Shown here: piece after piece, positions 24,020 through 34,320 of the stretch
Numbering within the stretch: position 1 is the first letter of the stretch
How the letters are laid out: each line of letters begins with the position of its first letter
Origin: Terriglobia bacterium
GTDB taxonomy: Bacteria; Acidobacteriota; Terriglobia; Bryobacterales; Bryobacteraceae
DNA: 64,000 nucleotides
Assembly: GCA_963719335.1 (NCBI GenBank)
Contig: CAVRBR010000004.1
Location: 8,524 to 72,523, forward strand
Direction of reading: 5' to 3'
The notes under the pieces: generated by a model
Told to the model about the DNA's origin: nothing
Database searches by the model: none
What the model saw: the letters and a program-made list of their open reading frames with translations, nothing else
Made by a program: the position numbers and the translations under genes

Positions 24020-24993
24020 TTGATGACTCGCTTCTATCTGGGCATCGATGGCGGTCAGTCGAGTACAACCGCATTAATCGCTGACGAGCACGGGCGCGTC
24101 ATTGGGCGCGGGCGTGGCGGCCCGTGCAATCACGTTCGCGCACGCGAAGGCACGAGCGAAGTTCATCGCGTGCGGTTGGCGAATGCATTCGAAGAGGCCT
24201 GCCACGAAGCCGGCCTCGACCGAACACAACGTGCGTTTTGCGTCGGCATGCCTGGGATTCAGCGGCGGCGCCGAAGATAAAGAAGCGTATGCGCGCGAAC
24301 TGATCCGCAGCTCGAAATACAAGATCACTCACGATGCCGAGATCGCGCTTTCCGGTGCGACGGCGGGCGAACCGGGCATTATCATCATTGCCGGCACAGG
24401 CTCGATGGCGTTCGGCCGTAACGCCGCCGGGCAAACAGGCTCGCGCCGGCGGATGGGGATATATCTTCGGCGATGAAGGCGGTGCGTTCGATCTTGTGCG
24501 TCGTGCGCTGCGCGCGGCCTTGCAGTATGAGGAAGGCTGGGGACCCGCAACGGCGCTTCGCGCGCTGCTGCTCGAAGCGACCGGCGCAGAAGACGCGAAC
24601 AGTCTGCTGCATCGGTTTTACAGCGAAGCATACTCGCGCACGATGATTGCTGCATTCGCTTCCTTGGTCACGCAAGCGGCGAAGCAAGGGGACGAGGAAG
24701 CACGAGAAATAATTGATGAAGCCGCTGCGAAGCTGGTGTGGTACGTCGAAGGCGTCTTCCGAAAACTGTTTCCACGGCGAAGACATTGCCGTGGCTCCCG
24801 TCGGCGGAGTTTTCCAAAGCACGCCTTTCTGGCTCGATTCAGGAACGCGTGTGCGACACACTCGGCTGCGAAGCCCACGCTGCCGCGCTTCGGACCTGCG
24901 GCGGCGCTGTACTTGAAGCGCTTCGCCTGGACGACAACCGAGCAAGTTGTCGAATGTGCCAGAATCCGAGAAATGAACCTTCGCTCGTTTTAG
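24020..24993 (+). pseudogene. BadF/BadG/BcrA/BcrD-type ATPase (N-acetylglucosamine kinase-like), frameshifted
   Basis: 24020..24280 reads MTRFYLGIDGGQSSTTALIADEHGRVIGRGRGGPCNH. 24102..24476 has IIIAGTGSMAFGRN. 24334..24993 has GWGYIFGDEGGAFDLVRRAL. The 3' end is uncertain. Confidence 0.75.
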
Positions 24994-25063
24994 CTTCCTT
25001 CTGGTCATTTGCTCGTTTGTGTGCTGCCGCAGAACCTGACTGGCCGCGAGTGGAGCAGCATGC

Positions 25064-26301
25064 ATGGATCTGCTGCAGCGATATGTTCGGATCGCGAGCG
25101 TCAACCCTCCCGCCGATACCAGCGGGACGGCGAAGTTCTTCAAAGCGAATTCGCGGCCGCGGGAATGCAGGCCGAAGCTCTACAAGAGCGGTCCCGGCGG
25201 GAAGACGAATCTGATCGTGCGCTTGCCGGGAAGAGATCGACGCAAGCGCCCGTTGCTGCTGTTGAATCACATGGACGTAGTGCCGGTCGACGCCTCGCAC
25301 TGGAAGGAGAATCCATTCGGAGCCGAGATCCGAAGGCGATGATTTGGGGCCGCGGCACGCTCGACATGAAGAGCACCGGCATCATGCAACTGACCGCGCT
25401 GATTTTGCTGAAGCAGCTTGGCATCGCGCCGTCGCGCGACATCGTTTTCCTCGCGACGTGCGATGAGGAAACCGGCGGCGTTGCGGGGCCGCAGTGGATG
25501 ATCGAGCATCACTGGGACGAACTGAATCCGGAGTACGTGTTGGACGAAGGCGGGGTGGGATCGCACGATGTCTACAGCGCCCGGCAAACTCGTATTTGGA
25601 ATTTCGGTAGCGGATAAGCAGGTTCTTTGGCTGAGGCTGCGCGCCACAGGGTACTTCCGGTCATGGATCGCAGCCGATTCCTGACAATGCGAACGATCTG
25701 CTTGATGCGCGCGATAGAAAAAGCGAAAGAGTTCCCGCCTCCGGCAAGCCGAACGCGATAGTGCAAGACATGCGCGCAGGCCGTGGGAACGTTTGCGTCG
25801 AACAAGTTCATCAACGCCATTCAGCAAAACACGATCTCCGTCACTTCCCTGCGCAGCGGAGTCGGCGAATCCGCCGAAAGCGAATGTGATTCCCTCGATC
25901 GCGGAAGCGACGCTCGATTGCCGTCTGCTGCCCGGCCAGAATGCCGAAGAGTTTGTTTCGGAAATCAAGGCTCGCATCAACGATCCGCACGTCGCGTGGA
26001 GCAGATCTCACCGAAGCCGGACGACCCGCAGCCAAGCCGCACCGATACGCCGCTCTACGCCGCGATTCGAGCCGCGATTCAGAAACAGCACCCGGACGCG
26101 ACTGTGATGCCGATCGTGGTTCCCTTTGGCACCGATGGCCAGAAGTTTCGAATGCGCGGCGTCGCGGCCTACGGAGTGATCCCGATGATCGTCGACGCCG
26201 CTACGCTCGCGACCATGCACAGCGACAGCGAACACATTCCGCTCGACCAATTCCGGCAAGGGCTGCACATCTACTTCGATATCTTGCGATCGGACTGGTA
26301 G
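25064..26301 (+). pseudogene. M20-family metallopeptidase (ArgE/DapE/carboxypeptidase-like), frameshifted
   Basis: 25064..25342 has LLNHMDVVPV. 25009..25617 has WGRGTLDMKSTGIMQL...LATCDEETGG. 25783..26301 has FGTDGQKFRMRGVAAYGVIP...MHSDSEHIPL. Confidence 0.8.
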
Positions 26302-26375
26302 GCTGCCGCTTTGTCGCGATGCTCTTCCGTGAGGCATGGTGATGGATTCCTGGAACGGCACGGCGAAGCCAATCT

Positions 26376-27960
26376 TCAGCCTGATGCCGCTTCGACAATT
26401 TTCAGCAGCAGCTCGGACTGCACTTCGAGATATTCGTTGTAATCGGGCGTGAGCACGTACGCGAAGAGTATCCAGATCGAAGGATTCGTTCGTGATTTTG
26501 GTGAATCGCAACGGGAACGCCCGACGAATCGACCTGCGGATGCCCTTCAGGATCTCCGTCACCTCGTCCATCATGTCCTGAATCTGCTCCGGCGTAGTGT
26601 CGCGCCGCAAGTGCAATGTGGGATGAAACCACATGCGGTCGCGCCGCGAGAAGTTCTCGAGAGTCATAGTCGAAAACACGGAATTCGGAATCGTCACAAC
26701 AGTTCGGTCGAGCGTCCGGATACGCGTGGATCGTAAGCCGATATCTTCCACGGTGCCCGTTTGTCCGCCAAACTGGCAGAAATCTCCGACTATAACGGGG
26801 CGATCGGTAATCAGTGACACGCTGCCGAACAGATTTTCGATCGTTTTTTGAGCGGCAAGCGCGACTGCTATGCCGCCCACGCCGAGGCCGGCAAGAATCG
26901 TGGTGGTCGAGTACCCCCATCGAGACAGAACAAACAAGATGGCAATGCAGAAAATGAAAATCTTGACGATCTTCACGAACAGCGGAAATACGGAATACGA
27001 GAGTGCGCGTTGGCGCGGATCGAGGCGAGACGCCGCCCGATCGGAAACGATGTCGACCACGCGCATCAAGAACGATGCCGCGCCCAGAATGAACAGGAAT
27101 GCGAGCAGCCTGAGAAGGTAATCGCGCACCAAGGCGGAAGGGGGAATCGCTTCCATGCACGCGCGGAATACCGCAATCGACACAAGCAGGCGTAGCGGCT
27201 CCACAAAGGCTTCGAGCCTATAAGACTGAAGCGTTTTGGCATAGTGCTTCACCAGCGGCGTCAGCAACGCAATGACGATGCGCGATAGCAGCCGCGAAAC
27301 CACGGAGAGTACGATTGCGAGCAGAAAAAGCGCGATCCATATCCACAGCGGCGTATCGATGAATTGAGTGGTGACTAAGCTCTGCGGGAGCCGTTTTTCG
27401 ATGGGCGACTCGCGCTCAAGCGCGCTGAGTTGTGGAATGCGCGCTACGCTATCTGCCGAAACTAACCAAAGAGCGGCGCCTTGCTCATGCTCGCGTTGCA
27501 TCTGCAACACCACGGTTTGGCTGTTTAGCCGGAACGAATCGAGCTCGTCAAGATCGGGAGAAAGATCGTCACCGAGGTTGCCCTCCGGACTATTGCTCAA
27601 ATGCTGCACTTCGAACTTCGGATCGCGATCCAGAATCGCCGCTAGCTGGCGCGCGAGTTCGGGCCCCTGCCTCGAACGTTCGCCCGAATTGATCCTTCGC
27701 AAATCCAAATACTGCGAAGCCAACAAGAAGTTGTTGCTGTGACACGCTTCAAGAAAGTTGAAGATCGAACTTTGCGGGGTCGTACGCTTTAGCGGATCGT
27801 TGGCGGCCGCGTCGGAGGCGCTACTCTTCGCGCCGGAGACCAGGCCGGTGAGCGATTGAGCGAGTCCCGCCTGACTCAGTATTGCCAGCGCCAGGATCAG
27901 GACCGCGGAAACAATCACAAGCTCATCCAGCGATCTACAGCTTCTTAATTGCTTTTTCAA
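26376..27960 (-). pseudogene. MscS-family mechanosensitive channel (one frameshift near 26470)
   Basis: It has a signal/TM N-terminus, several TM helices and the MscS beta domain (GQTGTVEDIGLRSTRIRTLDRTVVTIPNSVF). The listed ORF 26008..27960 runs out of frame after ...ESFDLD. The plausible C-terminus (YNEYLEVQSELLLKIVEAASG*) is in another frame, ending at 26376. Confidence 0.8.
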
Positions 27961-28050
27961 TTCAGATATTTCCCCTCAATAGTTAAAGCATCAGTTTAGC
28001 TGCTCGTACGCCGCGCGCGGCTAACCTTTCGAACGGGAGTAAGAACACTC

Positions 28051-29602
28051 ATGTCTTCTCATGTAACTTTACCCGGCAGCCATCGCGAGCACCCAGCGGG
28101 CTCAGAGGCGGTTGGCAAGCCAGGACCTAACGACATTCTCAATGTGACTTTAGTTTTGAGGCGGCGTCAAGCTGTGTCTCACGCGCATTCCATCGATCGT
28201 GATCTTTCGCACCATCTTTCACATCAGGACCTCGCGCTAAACCATGGCGCCGACCCGGCCGATATCGAGGCCGTCGAAGCGTTTGCGTCCGGGCACGGAC
28301 TTTCGGTGGTGAACGTCAACCCGGCATCTCGTTCGATTACGATTTCCGGAACAGTCGCGGCTTTTGTGCGCGGCGTTCGGTGCGGACGTTGAATTGCGGC
28401 GCAGTGAAGGACGAATCATTCGAACGCGGCAAAGGGACCTTCACGTTTCTGAGGAGCTGGCCGGACGCGTCATCGCTCTCCTCGGGTTCGATGAACGCCC
28501 CCCCGCCACCACGCATCATTTCCGCGCCAGTGCGGCGCAAGGAATCTCCTACACTCCGCCACAGATTGCGCAGATCTACAATTTTCCGCAAAGCACCGGG
28601 ACCAATCAGACCATCGCGCTGATCGAACTCGGCGGTGGCTTCAGAAGCTCCGATCTTCAGAAGTATTGGAAGCAACTTGGGTTGAGCAATGTTTCGACTA
28701 CGGCGGTCTCGGTCGACGGCGCCCGGAACAGTCCGACCGGCGATCCAAACAGCGCCGATGCGGAAGTAGCTCTCGATATCGAAGTGGCAGGCGCCGTTGC
28801 ACCTCAAGCGCGCGTCGCGGTCTACTTCGCTCCCAACACCGATCAGGGCTTTCTTGACGGCATCAACGCTGCAATTCACGACACGGTGCGCAAGCCGTCC
28901 GTTATCTCCATCAGTTGGGGAGGCCCGGAAAGCGAGTGGACCTCGCAAGCGCTGAATGCGTTTAACGCGGCATTCCACGATGCAGCCTTGCTAGGCATTT
29001 CGGTCTGTGCCGCAGCCGGAGATAGCGGCTCCTCAGATGGTGAGGCGGACGGTCGCGATCATGTCGACTTCCCTGCCTCGAGCCCCTGGGTTCTGGCCTG
29101 TGGCGGCACCACGCTGATCGCGCAGAACGGTACTATTCAGTCCGAGACGGTTTGGAATGACGGTACGAATGGCGGTGCAACCGGCGGCGGCGTCAGCGCG
29201 CACTTCTCGAAGCCGTCCTACCAGTCGAACATCAAGGTCCCGAATCCAACCGGCACTGCGAATTTGACGGGACGCGGCGTTCCCGATGTGGCCGGCGTGG
29301 CGGATCCGAACACGGGATACGTCATCCTCGTGGACGGCCAGGAAGGCGTCATCGGCGGAACCAGTGCCGTCGCGCCACTCTGGGCGGGGCTCATCGCTTT
29401 GCTCAATCAGCAGCTCGGCAAGAATCTGGGCTGGTTCCATCCCACGCTTTACGGAACGCTCGCGCAACACAAAGCTTTGCGCGACATCAGCTCCGGTACG
29501 AATGGCGATTTCAAAGCGGGTCCCGGTTGGGACGCCTGCACCGGTCTTGGTTCTCCCAACGGCCAGGCCATGCTGAACCTGCTAAAGACTTCGACAGAGT
29601 GA
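28051..29602 (+). pseudogene. S53 sedolisin/kumamolisin-like serine protease with pro-domain (one frameshift near 28365)
   Basis: 28051..28392 is the pro-kumamolisin activation domain (ILNVTLVLRRRQ). 28364..29602 is the catalytic domain (EVALDIEVAGAVAP, ISWGGPESEW, GGTSAVAPLWAGLIALLNQ). Confidence 0.85.
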
Positions 29603-29612
29603 AGTATTGATG

Positions 29613-30326
29613 CTAAGCGCGGGACGCCGAAGTTGCGTCCCGCGCATGCTGATTTATTTCGGCCAAAATCTGTTCACAAGCCGCGCGTGGGTCGCTCGCC
29701 CGCGTAACTTCCCTTCCGATTACCAGATAATCCGCGCCGTTGCGGATCGCTTCCGAAGGAGTGGCGACGCGTTTCTGGTCCCTCGCAGCAGCTCCCGCCG
29801 ACCGAACTCCAGGCGTGATCAGCTTGAGATTCGGTCCAGTTAATTTCCGCACAGTGGCCACCTCAAGCGGCGAGCAAACGATGCCATCCATGCCGCTCCC
29901 CAGAGCCTTTTTCACGCGTAGCGCAACCAGATCGGAAACCGCGACAGGGTAGCCAAGATCTCGAAGATCCTCTTCATCGAAGCTGGTCAGTACCGTCACT
30001 GCCAGCAATTTCGTTGCAGCGTCCGCTCTGCCTTCCGCCGCAGCGCTCATGATTGTCCGGCTGCCGTGAACAGTAAGAAAAGTTGGCGCACCGCTCTGGC
30101 AGATTTGTCGTGTAGCGCGCTTCACCGTTTCACCGATATCGTAGAGCTTCAAATCGAGAAAGACTTTCTTGCCGGATAGGTTTAGTTTCGGAACGATTTC
30201 CATCCCCGCCGCCGCATACAATTCCATGCCGACCTTATAAAAATCGGCAGCCGGACCAATTCTTTCAACCAGCCGCAGAGCTTCGGTCGCGTTGTTTACG
30301 TCCAGCGCAATAATGAGCGGATTCAA
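29613..30326 (-). CDS. pyrF: Orotidine 5'-phosphate decarboxylase
   Basis: 237 aa with LIIALDV, FLDLKLYDIGETV and ADYLVIGR. Overlaps the selD stop by 4 bp. Confidence 0.92.
   Translation of the reverse strand: MNPLIIALDVNNATEALRLVERIGPAADFYKVGMELYAAAGMEIVPKLNLSGKKVFLDLKLYDIGETVKRATRQICQSGAPTFLTVHGSRTIMSAAAEGRADAATKLLAVTVLTSFDEEDLRDLGYPVAVSDLVALRVKKALGSGMDGIVCSPLEVATVRKLTGPNLKLITPGVRSAGAAARDQKRVATPSEAIRNGADYLVIGREVTRASDPRAACEQILAEINQHARDATSASRA
29617..29645 (+). terminator. Perfect 11-bp-stem hairpin between convergent S53 protease and pyrF genes
   Basis: GCGCGGGACGC-cgaagtt-GCGTCCCGCGC, 15 nt after the protease stop and followed by a T-rich stretch (ATGCTGATTTATTTCGG). On the minus strand it encodes the last ~10 codons of the pyrF ORF. 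Confidence 0.5.
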
Positions 30327-31360
30327 AGCACAACCTCGATGGGCTTACTGCCGGGTTCTTCGACGCGCCCGATCACGTAGCTCTCGGGCCGCCGTTCAAG
30401 CAGCTTCGTCGCGGCCTCACTTCTTAGAGAGACTAGCAATCCGCCGGACGTCTGCGGATCGTAAAGCAACGCTTCAATTTCGAACGGAATCTCCGGCGGC
30501 ATTGTGACGCAGCTCTCGACAAAATCACGGTTGTTGTTCAACCCGCCGGAATGAGCGCCCCCCTTGGCGTATTCAATCGCTCCCGGCAAGAATCGCACCG
30601 CGGGCGCCGAAATCCTCAGTGTCACGTCGCTGGCCAGCGCCATTTCCCGCGCATGGCCCAGCAGGCCGAATCCGGTCACATCCGTACAGCCATGCACGTC
30701 GAGTGTTTCAAGAACAGCCGCAATTTGCCGATTCAACGTCAGCATCTGTTCGATCGATGTATCGATATCCGTTTGCTCGGCAATGCCGCGCTTGAGCGCC
30801 GTTGAAATCACACCGGTTCCGATGCGCTTCGTGAACACCAGCACGTCACCTGGCCTCGCACCGCCGTTGGTCCATACGCGCCGCGGATCAATCAAGCCGG
30901 TGACGGCATAGCCGAACTTAATCTCGTCTTCGGAGATGCTGTGTCCACCCAGGATCACGCACCCTGCTTCGTGGATCTTATCGGCGCCGCCCTTGAGAAT
31001 CGCTTGCAGATCTTGTATGTCACCCTTCGATGGAAAAACCACTAATGAGAGCGCAGTGATGGGGCGCCCTCCCATGGCATAAATGTCGCTCAACGCGTTC
31101 GCGGCTGCGATTCCGCCGAAGGTGTACGGATCGTCGACGATGGGCGTAAAGAAATCCACCGTCTGTACCATCGCCAGCGGTTTGCCGCCGGCTTCGGTCA
31201 GATCGTAAACGCCCGCATCGTCCGCCGTATCGTAGCCGACCAGAACCTTTTCATTGATCACTCGCGGTACGTCTCTGAGCGCGCGGTCCAAAATCTTGGG
31301 GCTGAGCTTCGATGCGCAGCCACCCGCCTTCACGTTGGCGGTGAGCCTTGTTGCCATCAT
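30323..31360 (-). CDS. selD: Selenide, water dikinase (selenophosphate synthetase), Cys-type
   Basis: AIR-synthase-like fold. The N-terminal active-site loop reads KAGGCASKLSP, a Cys rather than a TGA-encoded Sec, and DDAGVYDL is present. The likely start is Met17 of the listed ORF (31360), 12 bp after the addA stop. Confidence 0.9.
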   Translation of the reverse strand: MMATRLTANVKAGGCASKLSPKILDRALRDVPRVINEKVLVGYDTADDAGVYDLTEAGGKPLAMVQTVDFFTPIVDDPYTFGGIAAANALSDIYAMGGRPITALSLVVFPSKGDIQDLQAILKGGADKIHEAGCVILGGHSISEDEIKFGYAVTGLIDPRRVWTNGGARPGDVLVFTKRIGTGVISTALKRGIAEQTDIDTSIEQMLTLNRQIAAVLETLDVHGCTDVTGFGLLGHAREMALASDVTLRISAPAVRFLPGAIEYAKGGAHSGGLNNNRDFVESCVTMPPEIPFEIEALLYDPQTSGGLLVSLRSEAATKLLERRPESYVIGRVEEPGSKPIEVVL

Positions 31361-31371
31361 CACCAGTGTAG

Positions 31372-34320
31372 TTAGACCGTCAGGGCTGCCGCTTCTTCGA
31401 GCTGCCATTCGCGCCAGCCGTCGAGCAGCGGAAAGTACAGGCCGAGCCGGATGGGACCATCCGCGACTCGCGACATTAACGTGCCGTAGTTCTCGAGCTG
31501 CTGTCGATAGCGCCGCTGCTCTTCATCGAGAAAACGTGCGACGGCGGCGCCCTCATGCTCACTCGTTTTGAAATCGATGATCCAAAGACGCCCATCCTCA
31601 TCTCGAAATACGCGATCAATCGTTCCGCTGATTAGCTTGTCCTGAATGCGGCCGGAAATCGGCCATTCGGATTTAGCCTCCGAGTGCGCACCGAGCACCC
31701 ATTGTCCGCGCTCGCCGGTTAACGTTTGCCTTATCGCGCGCGTCACCCGCGCTACGGCCTCCGATTTCTGGGAACGAGGTACTCCCAGCCGCAACAGTTC
31801 CGATTCAATCATCGGCCGCACGGCAACCAGGCGTTCCGCGGTCCAGGCGTTCGCGCCTTCTTGAGCGATACGCTTCAGCAGTTCGTGCACCACCGTTCCT
31901 ACGTGCCGCCCGGTGCCGCTGACCCATTCGTAGCTGGTCTTGCGTGCAGACGCGGCGGCGCGCCGGTATTCCGGTTGCCATTGGACCGAAGAATCGAACT
32001 GAGGCGCTCGCCAATTCGCCGGCAGACGGCGCAAGATTGTTTTGACAGCGCCATCTTCCGCCGAGAACAGATTGGCCTGTGCCGGAAGTTTCCGCTTGAG
32101 TTCGCGTTCGAACTCCGCTTGCTCACTCGCCCAGATCAGCCCCAGGAAGGTGGAATCCGATGCCTTGTTCAATGCGCTCCCGTCTTTATTGCTCTTTGCG
32201 CTACCCAGCAGGTAAAGCTCATTTCGCGCCCGCGTACACGCCACATAAAACAACCGCTTCAGCTCGTGCTCATCCTTCTTTTTGATCTCTTCCGAGACCC
32301 GCTCGTAGTCTCCATCCTGTTCACGTTTCTGTGGCTGCGCCGCTACGAGCAGGTACGGCGCGCCATCCTCGTCGATCTGTTCGGTCCAAACAAGCAGATC
32401 GCGGTCGGACGATCTTGTTCCTCTGCCAAGCTGCGGAATGAGAACGGTGTCGAACTCAAGTCCCTTCGCCTCATGGATCGTCATGATCTTGACGTGAGCC
32501 GAGCCGGTCGCAGGTTTTGCGTGCAGGAGTTCGAGACGTTGACTCAGCAGGCCAAAATCGCGGATGATTCCGCCTTCTTCGAACGATTCGATCAGGTTGA
32601 AAAACGTCTCGGCGTCTTCGCGTTGATTGCTCTCATGCAAAATCGCGGGTCCGCCCAGAATGAGCCATGTTTGTTCGATCAAGTCCCGCAAAGGGAGATG
32701 GCCGACCTTCGCGAGTGCGGCCGAGAAAATCTGCTGCATCCTCAAAGCTTGGTGGCGACCCTCCATCGATAGACGCGCAATTCGCTCCGCGTCGGAAAGC
32801 AAGTCGATGATCGTGCGGTCTCCATGATTCTCCGCAAGCGCCGACAAATCGCTGAGCGTCAACCCGCACCACGGCGCGCGCAAACACGCAAGCCACGATA
32901 TGCGGTCGCCGGCGTGTAAAACCGCGCGTGTCAGCGACAGCAAGTCCAGAATATGTTGCTGCTCTTTGAGCTGATCGATCTCGACCGCTTCATAGGGAAT
33001 ATTCGCCCTGCGCAGCGCGGGTAGAATCGCCGCAATGTGCGATCTGCTCCGCACGAGTATTGCGACTGACCCGCTTTCGGTCGCACGGCGGACCACGTGG
33101 ACGACGGCACTCGACTCTTGTTCACCGGCATCGTCGATGAACCGGACCACTCGCGGAAGAGTGCCTTCTGCCCTAACTGCTTCAGACGGCCGGAAACGAA
33201 CGGCTCCATGAACATGGTCGTCTTCGGACATGATCGGACTGAATTTGTCTCGGACCCAGCTCACGATCTGTGGCGTAGAACGAAAGTTGCTGGTAAGACT
33301 GACGGGAATCAGGCGAACGGAGCCGAGGCGCTGCTGTTTCCAGGTCTTCAGGAACAGCGAAACTTCGGCTTCCCGGAACCGATAAATGCTCTGCATCGGA
33401 TCGCCCACCAGAAATAACGTGTGTCCATCCCCATCGGACCATTGTGCCGTGAGACCCTCGATGAGCTCATATTGAGCGAGCGAAGTATCCTGAAACTCGT
33501 CGACGAGCAGGTGATCGATGCGGTAGTCGAGCCAGTACAGAAGATCAGTCGGCGTATCCGCCGTGCCGAGAGCTTTTATGGCGGCATGGGTCACTTCAGA
33601 AAAGTCGACAACTGAGCGCTCGCGAAAAACATCTTTCAAATGGTCGACGGAGCGTCCGAGTAAATCGCAAAAAGCGTCGATCAACGATGGATGTTGATCG
33701 GCGGTGAGAAAGCGCCATTGGTCGCGCTTTTGCAGCATGCGCGAGACTTGCATTTCCAGAGCAGCCATGTCGTTGTCGAAATGTAAAGCTACCGTTCGGA
33801 AGAGGGCTGCGTCCTCTTCACCGCCTTGCGTCAAAGCGCGCATTGTACGCCGGGCCGCAATTCGGTATAGCTCGGTTGCATCTTCGACGACCTCACCGAT
33901 GCCCCCGAACTCCGAAATCACGGGCATTTGGCGCGTGAGCATCGCGCAGAGCGAATCAATAGTTTGAATTTGCAAGCGGCTCGGGTCGGCTAGCAAGTGC
34001 CATTGCTTTTTGCTGTCCTGCTTCAGAGCTTCGGCCGCCAGACCGCGCGCGCGCTGCTCATATTCACTTCGAACAGCTTCGGTATTCTGCGCGTCTAAGA
34101 GAGCGTTGTATATCCGCTCCTTCATGTCCGCGGAAGCTTTGCGCGTGAAAGTCATCGCCACGATAGACTCGGGACGGTCAACAAGACTCAATAGCCGTAG
34201 ATAGCGATGCGCCAGCAACGATGTCTTGCCGGAACCTGCGGGAGCCTCCACGATGAACGATTGCGCGGGGTCAAGCGCCCGTTCGCGCTCGTGGGAATCG
34301 GGCGTCACTCCGGGTCGCAT
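31372..34320 (-). CDS. addA: UvrD/Rep-type helicase with C-terminal PD-(D/E)XK nuclease (AddA-like)
   Basis: 982 aa. Walker A is EAPAGSGKTS, the UvrD motifs include LLVDEFQDTS and TIHEAKGLEFD, and the C-terminal nuclease motif is GTIDRVFRDEDGRLWIIDFKT. Confidence 0.88.
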   Translation of the reverse strand: MRPGVTPDSHERERALDPAQSFIVEAPAGSGKTSLLAHRYLRLLSLVDRPESIVAMTFTRKASADMKERIYNALLDAQNTEAVRSEYEQRARGLAAEALKQDSKKQWHLLADPSRLQIQTIDSLCAMLTRQMPVISEFGGIGEVVEDATELYRIAARRTMRALTQGGEEDAALFRTVALHFDNDMAALEMQVSRMLQKRDQWRFLTADQHPSLIDAFCDLLGRSVDHLKDVFRERSVVDFSEVTHAAIKALGTADTPTDLLYWLDYRIDHLLVDEFQDTSLAQYELIEGLTAQWSDGDGHTLFLVGDPMQSIYRFREAEVSLFLKTWKQQRLGSVRLIPVSLTSNFRSTPQIVSWVRDKFSPIMSEDDHVHGAVRFRPSEAVRAEGTLPRVVRFIDDAGEQESSAVVHVVRRATESGSVAILVRSRSHIAAILPALRRANIPYEAVEIDQLKEQQHILDLLSLTRAVLHAGDRISWLACLRAPWCGLTLSDLSALAENHGDRTIIDLLSDAERIARLSMEGRHQALRMQQIFSAALAKVGHLPLRDLIEQTWLILGGPAILHESNQREDAETFFNLIESFEEGGIIRDFGLLSQRLELLHAKPATGSAHVKIMTIHEAKGLEFDTVLIPQLGRGTRSSDRDLLVWTEQIDEDGAPYLLVAAQPQKREQDGDYERVSEEIKKKDEHELKRLFYVACTRARNELYLLGSAKSNKDGSALNKASDSTFLGLIWASEQAEFERELKRKLPAQANLFSAEDGAVKTILRRLPANWRAPQFDSSVQWQPEYRRAAASARKTSYEWVSGTGRHVGTVVHELLKRIAQEGANAWTAERLVAVRPMIESELLRLGVPRSQKSEAVARVTRAIRQTLTGERGQWVLGAHSEAKSEWPISGRIQDKLISGTIDRVFRDEDGRLWIIDFKTSEHEGAAVARFLDEEQRRYRQQLENYGTLMSRVADGPIRLGLYFPLLDGWREWQLEEAAALTV

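Noticed and set aside
14257-28392. Frameshifted genes as true pseudogenes or programmed frameshifts.
   Set aside because: Essential genes (dnaG, rpoD) carry multiple hits, and conservation is perfect on both sides of each break. I saw no slippery-site or pseudoknot pattern, and the indels cluster regionally. Sequencing or assembly error is the economical explanation, though it is unverifiable without reads.
30323-31408. SelD possibly being a selenoprotein (TGA-encoded Sec), or the listed start at 31408 being real.
   Set aside because: The active-site loop reads GGCASK with a TGC Cys codon, so it is the Cys form. The first 16 codons of the listed ORF overlap the addA 3' end, and Met17 gives a normal N-terminus.
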